Below, piece by piece: positions 36,563-47,193 of a DNA stretch of 64,000 bases. Below the pieces are notes generated by a model. It was given only the letters and a program-made list of their open reading frames with translations. It made no database searches and was not told where the DNA came from. Position 1 is the first letter of the stretch; every line of letters starts with the position of its first letter. Both the position numbers and the translations under genes were made by a program. The DNA lies in the IMG/VR virus record IMGVR_UViG_3300029267_003532, positions 15,956 to 79,955 of that record; one strand, written 5' to 3'. This stretch comes from a virus.

Positions 36563-36999
36563 GATTTCACCTTTGGATCATAATCCAAATGCATCAAGCG
36601 GCCCTCGATGCGTGCTACGGTCTCGCTGATCGCCTCTTCTCGCAGCGCCAACCGTTCCAGCACGCGCGCGGTCTGCTCATTGCTCTCTGCCATCTTTTCG
36701 ATAGCCCGTGTCATGCTCGACCGCACGTACCACACAGGCGCACCGTCCTCATCCACACGGCTGTGCCACTCGTGCAAATCGCCGATCTGCGCTTCTATCT
36801 TGCGCAAATCGACATCACTCGGCACACAGCGCCGCGGCGCCTTGCTTTCGGCCTCCTCTGGAGCAGACTGTCCCACGGTTGTGTCGTGAGAGCCCTTGTC
36901 TATCAGAGGAGAGACCATTTTCCATACTCGTTCCAGCAACAAGATCACCGCGATCAATCCGCCTACAAACCCGCCAATTTGAAGCAGTTCAGGGTCCAT
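36559..36999 (-). CDS. Single-pass membrane protein with coiled-coil C-terminus
   Basis: MDPELLQIGGFVGGLIAVILLL; GAGG RBS. Confidence 0.65.
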   Translation of the reverse strand: MDPELLQIGGFVGGLIAVILLLERVWKMVSPLIDKGSHDTTVGQSAPEEAESKAPRRCVPSDVDLRKIEAQIGDLHEWHSRVDEDGAPVWYVRSSMTRAIEKMAESNEQTARVLERLALREEAISETVARIEGRLMHLDYDPKVKS

Positions 37000-37021
37000 T
37001 GAATCCTCGATGTAATTGCTA

Positions 37022-40000
37022 CTATACCCCACCCGGGACAATGCTGTGCAACCCGGCGCTTTGCGTGACCTCGTCGAGCAGTTCGCGCAAGAACCCGCCG
37101 GCGTCGCGTCCATCGCGCACGTTCGGGAACGATTGCTCGCCAATCTGAATCACAACGACCGGGCTGTTCTCGAGCTGCCCGCCTGTAGTCGCCGACGCTG
37201 GTACAAGATCCGATATACCCAACTGAAAATTCAGCGCGCGCTGCATTGCCGGCAGCAATCCGGTCAGCCGCTTTACGTTCTCCGCTGCACCCGCAAACGT
37301 CATTTCAATCGGAGAGGGGGAATTGTGCTGTGCCCACTTTGGAAGCGTCCAGCCTTCAAACTTTTCTTTTAACCTGACGATGTAATCCAGCCAGTTTTTA
37401 GCCGACTGGGTCAGATTGTCGAATACAAGCAGCACTGGATCTAGGATATTCAATTTGGCGTTGCTCAACGCGTCTATCAATGTATTCCAGCTCTCGAGGA
37501 GCGTTGTGCCTAGCCATGAATCCAGTGCCTCGATTGCCTTGACAAAGTTGTCATTGATAAAAGTGACAATCTCGTCAAAGATGGGCTTGATGTCTTCCTC
37601 GACAAAATCCCACACATCTTGCAGTGCAGGAAGAAGCGTTTCGCTCCATGCTCCGGCCAGCAGTTCGGCGGCCTTGAGAACCGTGACTTCGAGCAGCTCG
37701 CGCAGGGCGTCGAAGAGGGGATGAAGATCCTCCTCAAGGAATCGCCTTCCTCGTTCCCACATCGGAATCAGCGTCTCATCCCACACGGTTTGCAGTGTGG
37801 CGATTCCTTCGGGTATCTTTGTCTCCAGGAACTCGAGCAACGTGCCCAGGATCGGAACTTCTTTGAGGTCTTCCCACCATTCGCCGAACTTTTGGGCGAC
37901 CAAGCGTTTGCCCTCGTCGAACCAAGTCGCGATCTTTGTCTTGGCCGTGTTCAGGTATCCCTGTGCCTTTTGAGGCAGCGTAGAGAAAAAGCCCTCGACC
38001 TCTCCACGAATTCCCTGAAACTCTTCAGAGAACCCGCCGAACTCGAGATCTAGTCCAACCTTGGCCCCCTCGCCGCCAACCTGGAGGTTACTCAACGCGG
38101 ACAGCGCATCGCTGACGCCGCTGACCTTGTCGGCCAGCTCAGACATCGCGTCAACCATCTCGCGTTGGATGTCTGCCCCATCCTGGAGCGCCGCCAGGTA
38201 TTCCTGCTGCCACGAAACTGCATCCTCAGCGGCCTGGGCCTCTCCCTCGGCAGATTCCAACTTTTGGCGCAGTGCGTCAGGAATAAACCCCGCCGCTTCA
38301 GCATCGGCGACCTCGGACTGCACTGCCTGGAGGTTCTTCATCGCCTTCTGATGTTCGAGCGTCAAGCGAATATACTTGGTGTATTCTTCGCCGCCCTCGC
38401 CCAGGCGTTCGGCAATTCCAGAGAGCACTTCCTCGTTGACCTGGCCTGTCTCTCGGAATCCGGCGATTACCTGGGCCACCTCTGCGCGCACCTCGCGGAA
38501 CGTGCCGAGCATTTCGTCCTGGTCCATATCGCCCAATGAGACCGCCGTCTCCAGCGCCGACCGGATCGGGGCCAGCGTGTCGCGCAAGATGCCAAAATCC
38601 GCAAGCGCGAACGACTGGAGGTACGTGTCCATCAGGTTCTTGCCCCACTTGACGATGGAGGCAAGCGGACCTTCTTTCGGCGGTGAGAACGAGGCGAGGA
38701 AACGAGAGATCATCGTGCCGATGAACGTCACGGCTTGCTTGAGCACTGTCCGGCCGGCATTGACGATGCCCTGTCCGAACGATACGATCAAGTTCCAGCC
38801 CCACTGAAGCGCACCTTTGACATGCTTGCGCCACACGAGCACGATCATGGTCACGACGTTGAGCGCGGCGTCGCGCAGAGGGACCATCGCCTGATCGGCG
38901 CGACCCTCGAGGAGCAGTCGTAGAGATTCGAGTAGAGACTGAAACGTGCTCAGCACGACCGCGGCGGCATCGTTGATCGTGAGCAGAAACTCGCGGATAC
39001 CGACCCCGCCCTGGAACAGACCGCGCAGTCGGGCAAAGAAGGGCTCAATCGTGTTGCGCACGAGACCCTGGAAGGTCTCTTTCAGCGCCGCAAAAGACTG
39101 CTTGATCTGGTTGGCCCAGAACCGGATCGTCTGCATGATCTGATCGAGCGTGGGCTTGACGTAGGCAATCACGCCCTCGACCGTGGTGCGCAGTCCGCCC
39201 CAGTCTTCTTTCCACCCGCGCGCAAGCATCTTGCCCACGGCAGCCAGGGCGACAATCGCCGCCACGACCCCCGCAATGATCGGAAGGATCGGCCCCAGGC
39301 TAGCCGCGCCCGAGATACCCAGCATCTTGAGCCCGGCGCTCACCGACCCAAGCATCGCCTTCAACTTGGGCAGCATGCCGATGACCGTGATCACCGGCCC
39401 AGCCACCGCGCCCAGCCCAGCGCCTGCCACGGCGATGCTCGCCACGGCTCGCTTGATCGGTTCAGGGATACGATCCCACAGCCCGATCAGCGACGTCAGC
39501 AGGTCAGCCATCCTGCCAGCAGCCGGGGCAAACAGCTTTTTGATGTCGTTGCCCATGTTGCGAATACTGGCCCGCGCGCGTGCGATCTTGGTCGCATTCG
39601 TCTCAGTAACTTCGCCAAAGAATTCGCTCTGACGTGCAGCCGCTTCTCTGGTGGCCGTCAGGATCGCAAGCTGTTGTTGCTCGCGTGAAAGTTGGTTTGC
39701 CTCCACGCCAATGCTCTTAGCATAACGTTCCTTAGCCTCGGCCTCAGAGACGATCAGGCCCAGATCGTCCAAGCGCGCGGCGGACCCACGCGCCAGGCCC
39801 AGCGCCAACTGCTCATAGAGTTCAGAAAAGCCCTTGCCAGTTGCCTCTGCAGCCGTCGCCACAGAGTTGAGCATCCAGCCCATTTCTTTCATCGGGTCGA
39901 TGCCGGCCAGGGCCAAGGCGTTGGCTTTGCTCATCAACTCGGCTTCGTCTACGACACCCCGGCTGGCTTCCTGCCAATCTCCGAGCATCTCACCAGCATT

Positions 40001-40225
40001 CTTGCCGAATGCCTTGGTCATGCGCGCGAACTTGCGCTCGATGCCCTCGAGGGCGGCGCCGCCCTCGCCCAACTTGAACATCGCAGCAAGGCCTGATGCC
40101 GAGGTCGCCGTCAATGCAGCGCCGAATGTGGCCAGTCGCTTTTGCATTTTACTCAGCGTAGCCTCGCCGCTCGCGGACTTGCCTATAATTTCAAAGACGA
40201 TTTTTTCAATGTTGCCAAAAGACAT
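37022..40225 (-). CDS. Tape measure protein
   Basis: 1067 aa helical, W/F periodic repeats, central hydrophobic segment, SPPKEGPL motif; follows the tail chaperones. Confidence 0.9.
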   Translation of the reverse strand: MSFGNIEKIVFEIIGKSASGEATLSKMQKRLATFGAALTATSASGLAAMFKLGEGGAALEGIERKFARMTKAFGKNAGEMLGDWQEASRGVVDEAELMSKANALALAGIDPMKEMGWMLNSVATAAEATGKGFSELYEQLALGLARGSAARLDDLGLIVSEAEAKERYAKSIGVEANQLSREQQQLAILTATREAAARQSEFFGEVTETNATKIARARASIRNMGNDIKKLFAPAAGRMADLLTSLIGLWDRIPEPIKRAVASIAVAGAGLGAVAGPVITVIGMLPKLKAMLGSVSAGLKMLGISGAASLGPILPIIAGVVAAIVALAAVGKMLARGWKEDWGGLRTTVEGVIAYVKPTLDQIMQTIRFWANQIKQSFAALKETFQGLVRNTIEPFFARLRGLFQGGVGIREFLLTINDAAAVVLSTFQSLLESLRLLLEGRADQAMVPLRDAALNVVTMIVLVWRKHVKGALQWGWNLIVSFGQGIVNAGRTVLKQAVTFIGTMISRFLASFSPPKEGPLASIVKWGKNLMDTYLQSFALADFGILRDTLAPIRSALETAVSLGDMDQDEMLGTFREVRAEVAQVIAGFRETGQVNEEVLSGIAERLGEGGEEYTKYIRLTLEHQKAMKNLQAVQSEVADAEAAGFIPDALRQKLESAEGEAQAAEDAVSWQQEYLAALQDGADIQREMVDAMSELADKVSGVSDALSALSNLQVGGEGAKVGLDLEFGGFSEEFQGIRGEVEGFFSTLPQKAQGYLNTAKTKIATWFDEGKRLVAQKFGEWWEDLKEVPILGTLLEFLETKIPEGIATLQTVWDETLIPMWERGRRFLEEDLHPLFDALRELLEVTVLKAAELLAGAWSETLLPALQDVWDFVEEDIKPIFDEIVTFINDNFVKAIEALDSWLGTTLLESWNTLIDALSNAKLNILDPVLLVFDNLTQSAKNWLDYIVRLKEKFEGWTLPKWAQHNSPSPIEMTFAGAAENVKRLTGLLPAMQRALNFQLGISDLVPASATTGGQLENSPVVVIQIGEQSFPNVRDGRDAGGFLRELLDEVTQSAGLHSIVPGGV

Positions 40226-41170
40226 CTTTGATGTCCTGCTCCTCTATTGCGTTAGGATCATAATTCGTATATCTACCGAGTCTGTTTGCGTACTCAAACC
40301 GTTCTCGAAATTCCGATGAGCCACTCAACTGCGCCGGCTCAGATTCATCTGTCACATCGTCAAACGAAGGCAGGTCAGGCAGCCGCTTTGCCTTCTTGGA
40401 CAACATCGGCGCCAGCGCGCGCGACATGCCTACTTCTATCGACGAGACCTGCGCCATTCGATCGTTCCACTTGGCCCGCGCTACATATTCGTATTGCGAA
40501 AGCAGCCAGCTACCGGACCGAGCATAGATGTATTCATCGGTGAGGCCACGGTAACTGGCTACGTCAAAGACCAGAGCGTCGATCAGTTTGAGGGCACGCT
40601 GAAACTGCCCCGCAAGCGTTACAGTGTCATGCCTCCCAGCAGCCCGTCCACGCTGCCCAAACCGGCGAAAAAATGGGAGATACTATCCCGCAGGTCCTGA
40701 GACTGGCTGAGGTTGAGAAAAAACGCTTTGACCAAGGGAGCCAGTTCCAATTCAATCGAGTTCAGCCACTTTCGTCCCGCTTTGATGTCGTCAAACTGGA
40801 GCACGGCAGCGCCCAACCAGACTAGGTCAGACTCGCTCAGTGCAGCGATCGTGCCAAAGAGCACCACACGGTTGGACAGCGACGGATTGCGGGTCACGGC
40901 TTGCAGCGAGCGCTGCGCAACCTTTTCGCCCCGCACGGCCAGCCCGCCGAGCACCTTTAGAATCTGAATGATCGTGCCGAGTTTGGGCTCCTCGATGACG
41001 AACGTTCGCCCGGCCAGCGTGATCTCGTTCGACTCGTAGCCAGCAGGGGCTTCCGTTTCGTCCAGAACGGCGGTTTCCTTTTCGAATTCCTCCTCCACGA
41101 TGGTTTCCAGCAAAACCGACTCTTCCCCTTCATTGAACTCCATCTCGTCGTCTACCTGGCTCATGCTCAT
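40206..41170 (-). CDS. Tail assembly chaperone G (40619..41170) and G-T product via -1 frameshift
   Basis: T TTT TTC slippery heptamer at 40667-40673; the -1 frame is open into ORF 40206..40457. Confidence 0.8.
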
Positions 41171-41787
41171 GAAGCCTCGTCCTCTTCAAAGATAAATCCA
41201 TACGGTCCATGGTGATCGGCCAGGGTCGTGTCGGCCCGCAGCTTGAACGACGTCGGCAGTCCGGTCGCCTCGGTGCGTTGGATATTGAGTTCGGCGTCCA
41301 CGTTGGGCACGGCCTTGCGGAACGCAAAAACCCGCATCAGGCCGGTCTTGGCATCCTCCTGGATCACATAGAGTTCGCGTTCCGTCCACGACGCCGGCGC
41401 GTTGAGAGGCAGCCGAGCCTGGTCGACCACAGACCCGGTTACACCCACCGGTGCGGGCGTGCCCCACACGATTTGCAGCACGTCGACCGTAGAATCGAGC
41501 AACGTCGTGCCCATCTCCATCGTGGTCGAACCTGGCTCACCTTCATCAAGGTTATAGTTTTTCTGATCGATCGATATGCCGTCCTCAGACTCGGTCGCGC
41601 GTCTGATGGTCACACCGTCCTCAGTCGTAGGCGCGAGCGCAGTCAAACCTGCCGCCAGGGCATAGGTCGTCGGATTGATCACCGATTCGAGCTCGCCCGG
41701 AAACGACGCCAAGTTCCCGTAGGCCAGATACGACGCGCCTTTCCAAACATCATCACGGTCGATTGTAATTTGAGATACCAGTCCCAT
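41167..41787 (-). CDS. Major tail (tube) protein
   Basis: 206 aa upstream of the chaperones and tape measure; TTEDGVTI, FRKA pattern. Confidence 0.75.
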   Translation of the reverse strand: MGLVSQITIDRDDVWKGASYLAYGNLASFPGELESVINPTTYALAAGLTALAPTTEDGVTIRRATESEDGISIDQKNYNLDEGEPGSTTMEMGTTLLDSTVDVLQIVWGTPAPVGVTGSVVDQARLPLNAPASWTERELYVIQEDAKTGLMRVFAFRKAVPNVDAELNIQRTEATGLPTSFKLRADTTLADHHGPYGFIFEEDEAS

Positions 41788-41793
41788 CTCTAT

Positions 41794-42162
41794 CTACCTC
41801 CCGCCGAACTGTCTCGCAAACACAGCCTCGGCGCGTGTTGCCCGGCTTCGCCTACGCCGGGCCTTGACGATTTGCTTGAGCGCTGCCAGATACTCGTTCA
41901 CGGTCAGGCCATCCGGCAGCAGCGGCACGACCCATTCCTGAAACGAAACGTCGTCAGGGGACTTGTCTATGCGCACGACGGTCACGTGTTGTTCGGACGA
42001 GAATGACGTGATCAGCGCCTTGATCCACACCGCTTTGTCGAAATAGACCCGGCACCCGTCCGGATCGCAAAAGAACTCTGTGTCGTCGACCTCGCTCTTG
42101 CGCCGGATATAGAGTGCTTGGCATGGTGACCGCGTTGTCTTTCGCTTGCGTTGGCGGGTCAT
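41794..42162 (-). CDS. Hypothetical protein
   Basis: 122 aa, coupled. Confidence 0.55.
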   Translation of the reverse strand: MTRQRKRKTTRSPCQALYIRRKSEVDDTEFFCDPDGCRVYFDKAVWIKALITSFSSEQHVTVVRIDKSPDDVSFQEWVVPLLPDGLTVNEYLAALKQIVKARRRRSRATRAEAVFARQFGGR

Positions 42163-42722
42163 CTGCGTCGGACTCCTGTCCCAGCACGAACGATCTCGAG
42201 GCCGAACTCACGGAATTGTCGCTGTGCATCCGGTCGCCAGCGATGCAAAGCACGATCCGGGAATGGATTAGCCGCAGTACCTGGATGTTGCACGCTCCAA
42301 AAATGATACAGGCCGGCTCCGTTTGGACCATTCTCCCAATAGAAAGAGAGCGGATACCCCTTGGCAAGCTGGGCAGCTGCGCCACCGGTCGGGATCTCGT
42401 GCGGCGACGTGCCCTTGGTTATCAGGTTCCACAAGGACAGTCCATCGCCCACGATGGCCGTCGAGTGAATCTCGAACTGATCCCAATGTCCACCCTTGTT
42501 GCGCACGGGCTGACGAACCTGGATGCCTTCTGAAAACTCGCCCGACTGCTTTGGCGCTTCTTCTACCAGCTTGTCGCGCAGGTCCTCGGCAAGCCGGCGC
42601 GCCAAAGCAAGTCGGCCGGCAGCCACCTGGCGCTGCTTCATATCCAAGCGACGAGCTACCGCGGACGCACTTTGCCCCCGGCGTTGGCGTATAGTTAGGC
42701 CGATAAAGTGTACTCTGGACAT
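42159..42722 (-). CDS. HK97 gp10-like neck / tail completion protein
   Basis: EAPKQSGEF, KGTSPHEI, VQHPGTAANPF. Confidence 0.75.
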   Translation of the reverse strand: MSRVHFIGLTIRQRRGQSASAVARRLDMKQRQVAAGRLALARRLAEDLRDKLVEEAPKQSGEFSEGIQVRQPVRNKGGHWDQFEIHSTAIVGDGLSLWNLITKGTSPHEIPTGGAAAQLAKGYPLSFYWENGPNGAGLYHFWSVQHPGTAANPFPDRALHRWRPDAQRQFREFGLEIVRAGTGVRRR

Positions 42723-43258
42723 CAGTCCTCCAGATATTGTGTAATCTGGATCATTCTCAGATAATCGACGTCGTCCTCGTTCTGCTGGTCGCCAGACACG
42801 CCGTCGTTCAGATGCACCACGTTCTCGGAAAAGATACGCACCGCCGGCTTTTGATCGCGCTGCTGTCGACCGGCGATTTCCGGGTTAGCCTGCAACACGT
42901 CAACGATGGCCTCGCCATAGCGGTGGCAGAGATCGACAACCTCGTCTTCCGTGTCCGCGACCACCCACGCGGTATAGATCAACTGGTACGTGGCGTTCTG
43001 CGCAGCCAGCCGACCCGCCTGGCCCTGCGGGTCCATCCGTTCCACGATGGTCAGGATATACGGATAGTACGCGCTGGGCAGCTCCAGCATAAACGCACGA
43101 TAACCCCGACTCCAGTTTTCAGGCTCAGGCAGCGTCAGCGCGTCGATCTCTTCCCAACGCACCTCGACCGTATCCAGTGCATCGCCGAGATTGTCTTGCA
43201 GCAGCGTCTCCGCCGCCCGCTCGACTGTCTCCCCTTCGTACCCATCGCGATAGCTCAC
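42722..43258 (-). CDS. Tail terminator-like protein
   Basis: GTGA overlap start; position in the head-tail cluster. Confidence 0.6.
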   Translation of the reverse strand: MSYRDGYEGETVERAAETLLQDNLGDALDTVEVRWEEIDALTLPEPENWSRGYRAFMLELPSAYYPYILTIVERMDPQGQAGRLAAQNATYQLIYTAWVVADTEDEVVDLCHRYGEAIVDVLQANPEIAGRQQRDQKPAVRIFSENVVHLNDGVSGDQQNEDDVDYLRMIQITQYLED

Positions 43259-43728
43259 GGCAGCCCCCTGGCCAGCGCCCTGGTCGTCGCATCCAGCATT
43301 GCGCCTTCGTGCGATACCACCGGCACGCCCACCGGCGACGCGCTTTTGCCGATCAACGCTTCCACCTCGGGCCACGCCTGCGCGCACTCGGCCTCGAGCT
43401 CTGCCTTGAGGCCATCCAGCATTTGCAGCAGGTCATAGTTGGACAGTGTGTCCCCTGCCCGGTTGTTTTTGGAACGATAGCGATTGATCGCGCACCATTC
43501 CCGTCCAATCGGAATCAGCCGCACGGTCGCCTTGTCCACGATCCACTCGGCAACGATGTCCGGAATATCGGCCTCTGCCGGCACCGTCGCCGTGCCATAG
43601 GCGTCACGCTTGGCCGCCGCAATTGCCGCCGCCTTGATCGTCACATAGTCGATCCCGGTGTCAGCTTCGAGTAGCGCCTCGGTACTGGGCCAGTTATTCG
43701 TGACGTACTGGCTGATGTCGATGGACAC
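43255..43728 (-). CDS. Head-tail connector-like protein
   Basis: 157 aa immediately after the major capsid gene. Confidence 0.6.
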   Translation of the reverse strand: MSIDISQYVTNNWPSTEALLEADTGIDYVTIKAAAIAAAKRDAYGTATVPAEADIPDIVAEWIVDKATVRLIPIGREWCAINRYRSKNNRAGDTLSNYDLLQMLDGLKAELEAECAQAWPEVEALIGKSASPVGVPVVSHEGAMLDATTRALARGLP

Positions 43729-43773
43729 ACTGCGCCTTTCCCGTTAGGAACCTAAACCGAATAGATGACTATC

Positions 43774-44850
43774 CTACGGCTCAATGTCCGCGTACACGAA
43801 CGCCGCAGGATAGTTCATTTGCGGCAAACGGCTGGTCTGTACGCGCACGTTCTCAGTTACAGCCTCGGCATTGATATAGGTCTCGGCCAGCGCGCCGGGA
43901 TTCTCGGCTACGACGATCTGTCCGTTGACCACACGGGCGACCGGACCGTCCTTCATTTCCATAATCGGCACACCTGCGACCGTATCCGGCCCGGTAAAGA
44001 GCACGTGCCCGGTATCCAGGAAGTAGTTGCGCGTGTCGACTTGGTCAGCCGAGGTGATATAGAACCCGTTCTCGATCCGGATCTCGCCGATGCCGAGAAT
44101 CTCGACCACTTCGGACATCTTGGGCGTGATGACGCGTGGGTCCGTACCCGAAAGTTCGTTCTTGATCCCCGTGTTCTTTTTCAGGTATCGCCAGACCCCG
44201 GTTCGGCAGTACATTGCAATCTCAGACTGGTCGACGCCCAGGTCATCGGCGATCAACTTGGACCAGTTGTACACGTCCTCGATGACGTCCGTGTCCGCCG
44301 CGCTCCAGGCTGCCGCGGCAGTCGGCTGGTGGGTCGACGTGAACCAACTGTTTTGCTCGTCGCCGTCCAGATCATAGTTCACCGCGATGGTCGTGCCGTT
44401 AAGATACGCAACCGACAGGTTGTCCTTGGCGGCTTCCCACGCCATCCACTTGGTCCGGTTTACGTTGCGCCGTCGCAGGCGCAGCGCCTTGCGTAGCAGG
44501 TCTTCAGCCGCAGACCGGGCGATCGCCTCGTCCGGACTGTGCAGGTTGATCATGTCGCTCGCCTTGAGGATGTCCTTTTCAGCGATCAGGAAGAGCTCCA
44601 TAAAGAGTTCGGTCTGATCGCCGGACCCCGACACGACCGGCGTATCGGCGTTGTCCGCCTTGAAACTGGCGAGGCCCGCGCCGTCGATGTGTCGCACGCG
44701 GAGTTTGATCCGGCGTGACATCGTCGTCGACAACGGGGCGAACGGAACGTCGTAAATCTCGCTCTCGTTGATCCGTCGCTCCACGACCCGCGTCAGGACG
44801 TGCGCGTCCTTGATGTCGACTGGCGACAGATAGTAGTCATTGGTTGCCAT
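43774..44850 (-). CDS. Major capsid protein (lambda gpE-like)
   Basis: 358 aa; RTKWMAWEA, VNYDL, WSAADTDVIEDV, SRLP pattern; GGAGG RBS. Confidence 0.85.
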   Translation of the reverse strand: MATNDYYLSPVDIKDAHVLTRVVERRINESEIYDVPFAPLSTTMSRRIKLRVRHIDGAGLASFKADNADTPVVSGSGDQTELFMELFLIAEKDILKASDMINLHSPDEAIARSAAEDLLRKALRLRRRNVNRTKWMAWEAAKDNLSVAYLNGTTIAVNYDLDGDEQNSWFTSTHQPTAAAAWSAADTDVIEDVYNWSKLIADDLGVDQSEIAMYCRTGVWRYLKKNTGIKNELSGTDPRVITPKMSEVVEILGIGEIRIENGFYITSADQVDTRNYFLDTGHVLFTGPDTVAGVPIMEMKDGPVARVVNGQIVVAENPGALAETYINAEAVTENVRVQTSRLPQMNYPAAFVYADIEP

Positions 44851-44890
44851 GATGCTTTTCCTCCGTATAGCTGTCTAGCCGCCTGGCGAC

Positions 44891-45310
44891 CTAGTCGTCG
44901 AAGACGCACGAAGGGAAGTACGTCTTGAGGTTGGTCAGAGACGTGCCGTGCAGCGAGTACCCGCCCATCGTCAATTCGCTCTTGTCGAACACGCATTGGG
45001 CATAGAGACCTGCCACCGCACGATCTCCCAACGTCACGTCGTGCGCTTCCCAGGTGAATACGACCTCGCCCTCGGCCGGTGTCTGTCGGCCATCGGTCGC
45101 GGTCTTGAGATAAGGACCGTATTTGCCCGCGCCCGTCCCCGTGTCGATCTTGACCAGAAACGTGCCGGGACTCAAGCGCCGGCGGCTCTTGGTGTCCGCG
45201 ACTACGGTGCTGGCATAGATGAGCACGGTCGTTTTGCGCTCGTTTCCGACCACGCTCTTGAGCGGGCTTTTGTTGGCCCAGGTGTTGGTTTCATAGTACG
45301 GCTGTGCCAT
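44891..45310 (-). CDS. Head decoration protein
   Basis: LSPGTFLVKI...GKYGPY...ATDGRQT; directly upstream of the capsid gene. Confidence 0.8.
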   Translation of the reverse strand: MAQPYYETNTWANKSPLKSVVGNERKTTVLIYASTVVADTKSRRRLSPGTFLVKIDTGTGAGKYGPYLKTATDGRQTPAEGEVVFTWEAHDVTLGDRAVAGLYAQCVFDKSELTMGGYSLHGTSLTNLKTYFPSCVFDD

Positions 45311-45345
45311 GGTGCTTTTCCTCCGTTCAGAATTCTCTGAGCCCG

Positions 45346-47043
45346 CTACCCGCCGAGGCTCTTGTCAAATGCGTCGATCGCCTCGTCCGGCAAAGCGCGC
45401 GCCGTTTCGGCGTCAATCGGCGCGGTTCGGTGACCTGGCTCTCGCCCTGGCCCGCTCACGTCCGCCATCGACCGATCTGGACGCACCGGCGCGTTCAGCG
45501 AAAAACGCGCTTCCTTGGGCAGCGCGTTGACGATTGCCAGCACGATACCGTCGACCGGCGACGTACCGTCATCCGCGATGTCAAAGCCCAACCCATCGGG
45601 CTGCAGCGCGGCCTGGACGGCCTGCACGACCACCGGATAGTGGCGCGTTCCCTCGATTACCGTGACGTCGTCGCGCTGCACGCGACCTTCCATCGCGGCC
45701 ACGATGCTGGAGACCTCAAGCCCTCGCGCTTTGGCTCGAAGCTGTACTTGGCGCTCCAGCGCCCCGTCCAGCGCAAACCCTTGTGCTCGCAGCACTCTGG
45801 CTTGTTCGAGCAATACGACGTCCTCCGGGCTCAGCGCGGGAGTCTGGTCTCGATTCTGCTCCTTAGTCATAAGTTCCTCCCTATACTGCGTGAATTGGAC
45901 CCCGGAGAACGAAGCCGCCACCGCGGTCGGCGCGACCCCGAACCCTTGCAGGTCCGGCAACTGTGGATAGTTGGTCAAAAGCAAGTGGACGAGCGCCCAC
46001 GGCCAAACCGTATCTGGATGGCTGCGGTCGTGAAAGTCAGCCCAGATGTACACGCTGCAATCGCGGATCAGCCCCTTATCGAGCTGTTCTCGCGTATCCT
46101 CGTCGCGTACATCCAAGCCGCCATACAGGTGCTGGCCCACCTTGACCAACCTGTCAACAAAACCGACCGTTTCACTGGCCGGCACAATCCCATCCGTCTC
46201 TACATGATGCGTGCTCGCCGTAATCGCGACGTGGTTGAGCGCGCGCCCCTCGAACGCTTCGTACATAGCGTCGATCATCGACTGGTCGACGGCTAAAGAT
46301 GTGCCTGTCTGTGGCCGGAACGTCGTCGAGACGCGAAAGATTTCCTTCCAGATCAGGCCGTTGTCGTCCGCGCCAATATCCGCGGGCAGCGAGACCGGGT
46401 CGCGCAGCGCCATGCTGAACACGCGGGGTGTGCCGCCCATGTCGGCAGCAAGAGAGGTATCCTCTGGCTGTGCCACTGGCTGCCAGACGCGCATCACCTC
46501 TTGTAGTTCTCCGAACGAGACCTCGTTCGCGTCGTCGATGATGTAGGGCAATTTGTGATAGCGCTCGCCGAGCTGGATGATGCAGTAATCCACGAACACG
46601 TCAGTCAGCCATGGATAGCGATAGGACCCGTCCGGCATCGTGACGTGTGCGTTTTCCAATGCTTCGCACAGCAACCCGCGAATGTCCTCAAACGACACAT
46701 CCTCGATGGCTGTGACAACCGATACGCCGCCGGCCAGCATAAACGTAGGTCGGTTCCGGGCTTGAGGTAGCCCAGCCTGCACTGACAGATTGACCCCCGT
46801 ATCTTTGACCTCGCGGACCCACTCCTGTGCTTTGTCCTCGGTGAACGTGCCACGGCTGAACACGAATGCGACGATGGTCTCGTCTTCGTCGCTGTAGAGC
46901 GCCTGCACACCCTGCTCTAGCTCACTGTCCAACAAGCGAAGGTCGCCGTAAGACTCCAGGCTGGTTACTCCACTCGCCTCAACGACGATACTGCGTTCTT
47001 TCAACTGACCAAGGTTCACGTCTGCCAATGGTCTGCTCCTCAA
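45346..47043 (-). CDS. Capsid maturation protease / scaffold
   Basis: H...VGFV...GLIRDCS...LLLTNYP..L Mu gpI-like protease pattern; true start probably TTG ~47028 after GAGGAG. Confidence 0.7.
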   Translation of the reverse strand: MRSRPLADVNLGQLKERSIVVEASGVTSLESYGDLRLLDSELEQGVQALYSDEDETIVAFVFSRGTFTEDKAQEWVREVKDTGVNLSVQAGLPQARNRPTFMLAGGVSVVTAIEDVSFEDIRGLLCEALENAHVTMPDGSYRYPWLTDVFVDYCIIQLGERYHKLPYIIDDANEVSFGELQEVMRVWQPVAQPEDTSLAADMGGTPRVFSMALRDPVSLPADIGADDNGLIWKEIFRVSTTFRPQTGTSLAVDQSMIDAMYEAFEGRALNHVAITASTHHVETDGIVPASETVGFVDRLVKVGQHLYGGLDVRDEDTREQLDKGLIRDCSVYIWADFHDRSHPDTVWPWALVHLLLTNYPQLPDLQGFGVAPTAVAASFSGVQFTQYREELMTKEQNRDQTPALSPEDVVLLEQARVLRAQGFALDGALERQVQLRAKARGLEVSSIVAAMEGRVQRDDVTVIEGTRHYPVVVQAVQAALQPDGLGFDIADDGTSPVDGIVLAIVNALPKEARFSLNAPVRPDRSMADVSGPGREPGHRTAPIDAETARALPDEAIDAFDKSLGG

Positions 47044-47100
47044 ACAAAAACAGGGGCCGGGACTGCGTCACAATTTCTGTGAACGCAATCCCGGCCCCTG
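47041..47100 (-). terminator. Long-stem intrinsic terminator in the leader of the capsid operon
   Basis: CAGGGGCCGGGA...TCCCGGCCCCTG stem followed by TTTTTGTTT, abutting the RBS. Confidence 0.75.
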
Positions 47101-47163
47101 TGGGACGGCTGGTGCGTCTATTCAATCTCGCCGTGTTTTCACGTCGTTTTAGACTATGGCTTC

Positions 47164-47193
47164 ATTATACCATACGGTATAGTTCACTGTCAA
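47164..47193 (-). promoter_or_regulatory. Late promoter 2 with palindromic operator
   Basis: TTGACA-N18-TATAAT, extended -10, TATACC-N4-GGTATA. Confidence 0.8.
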
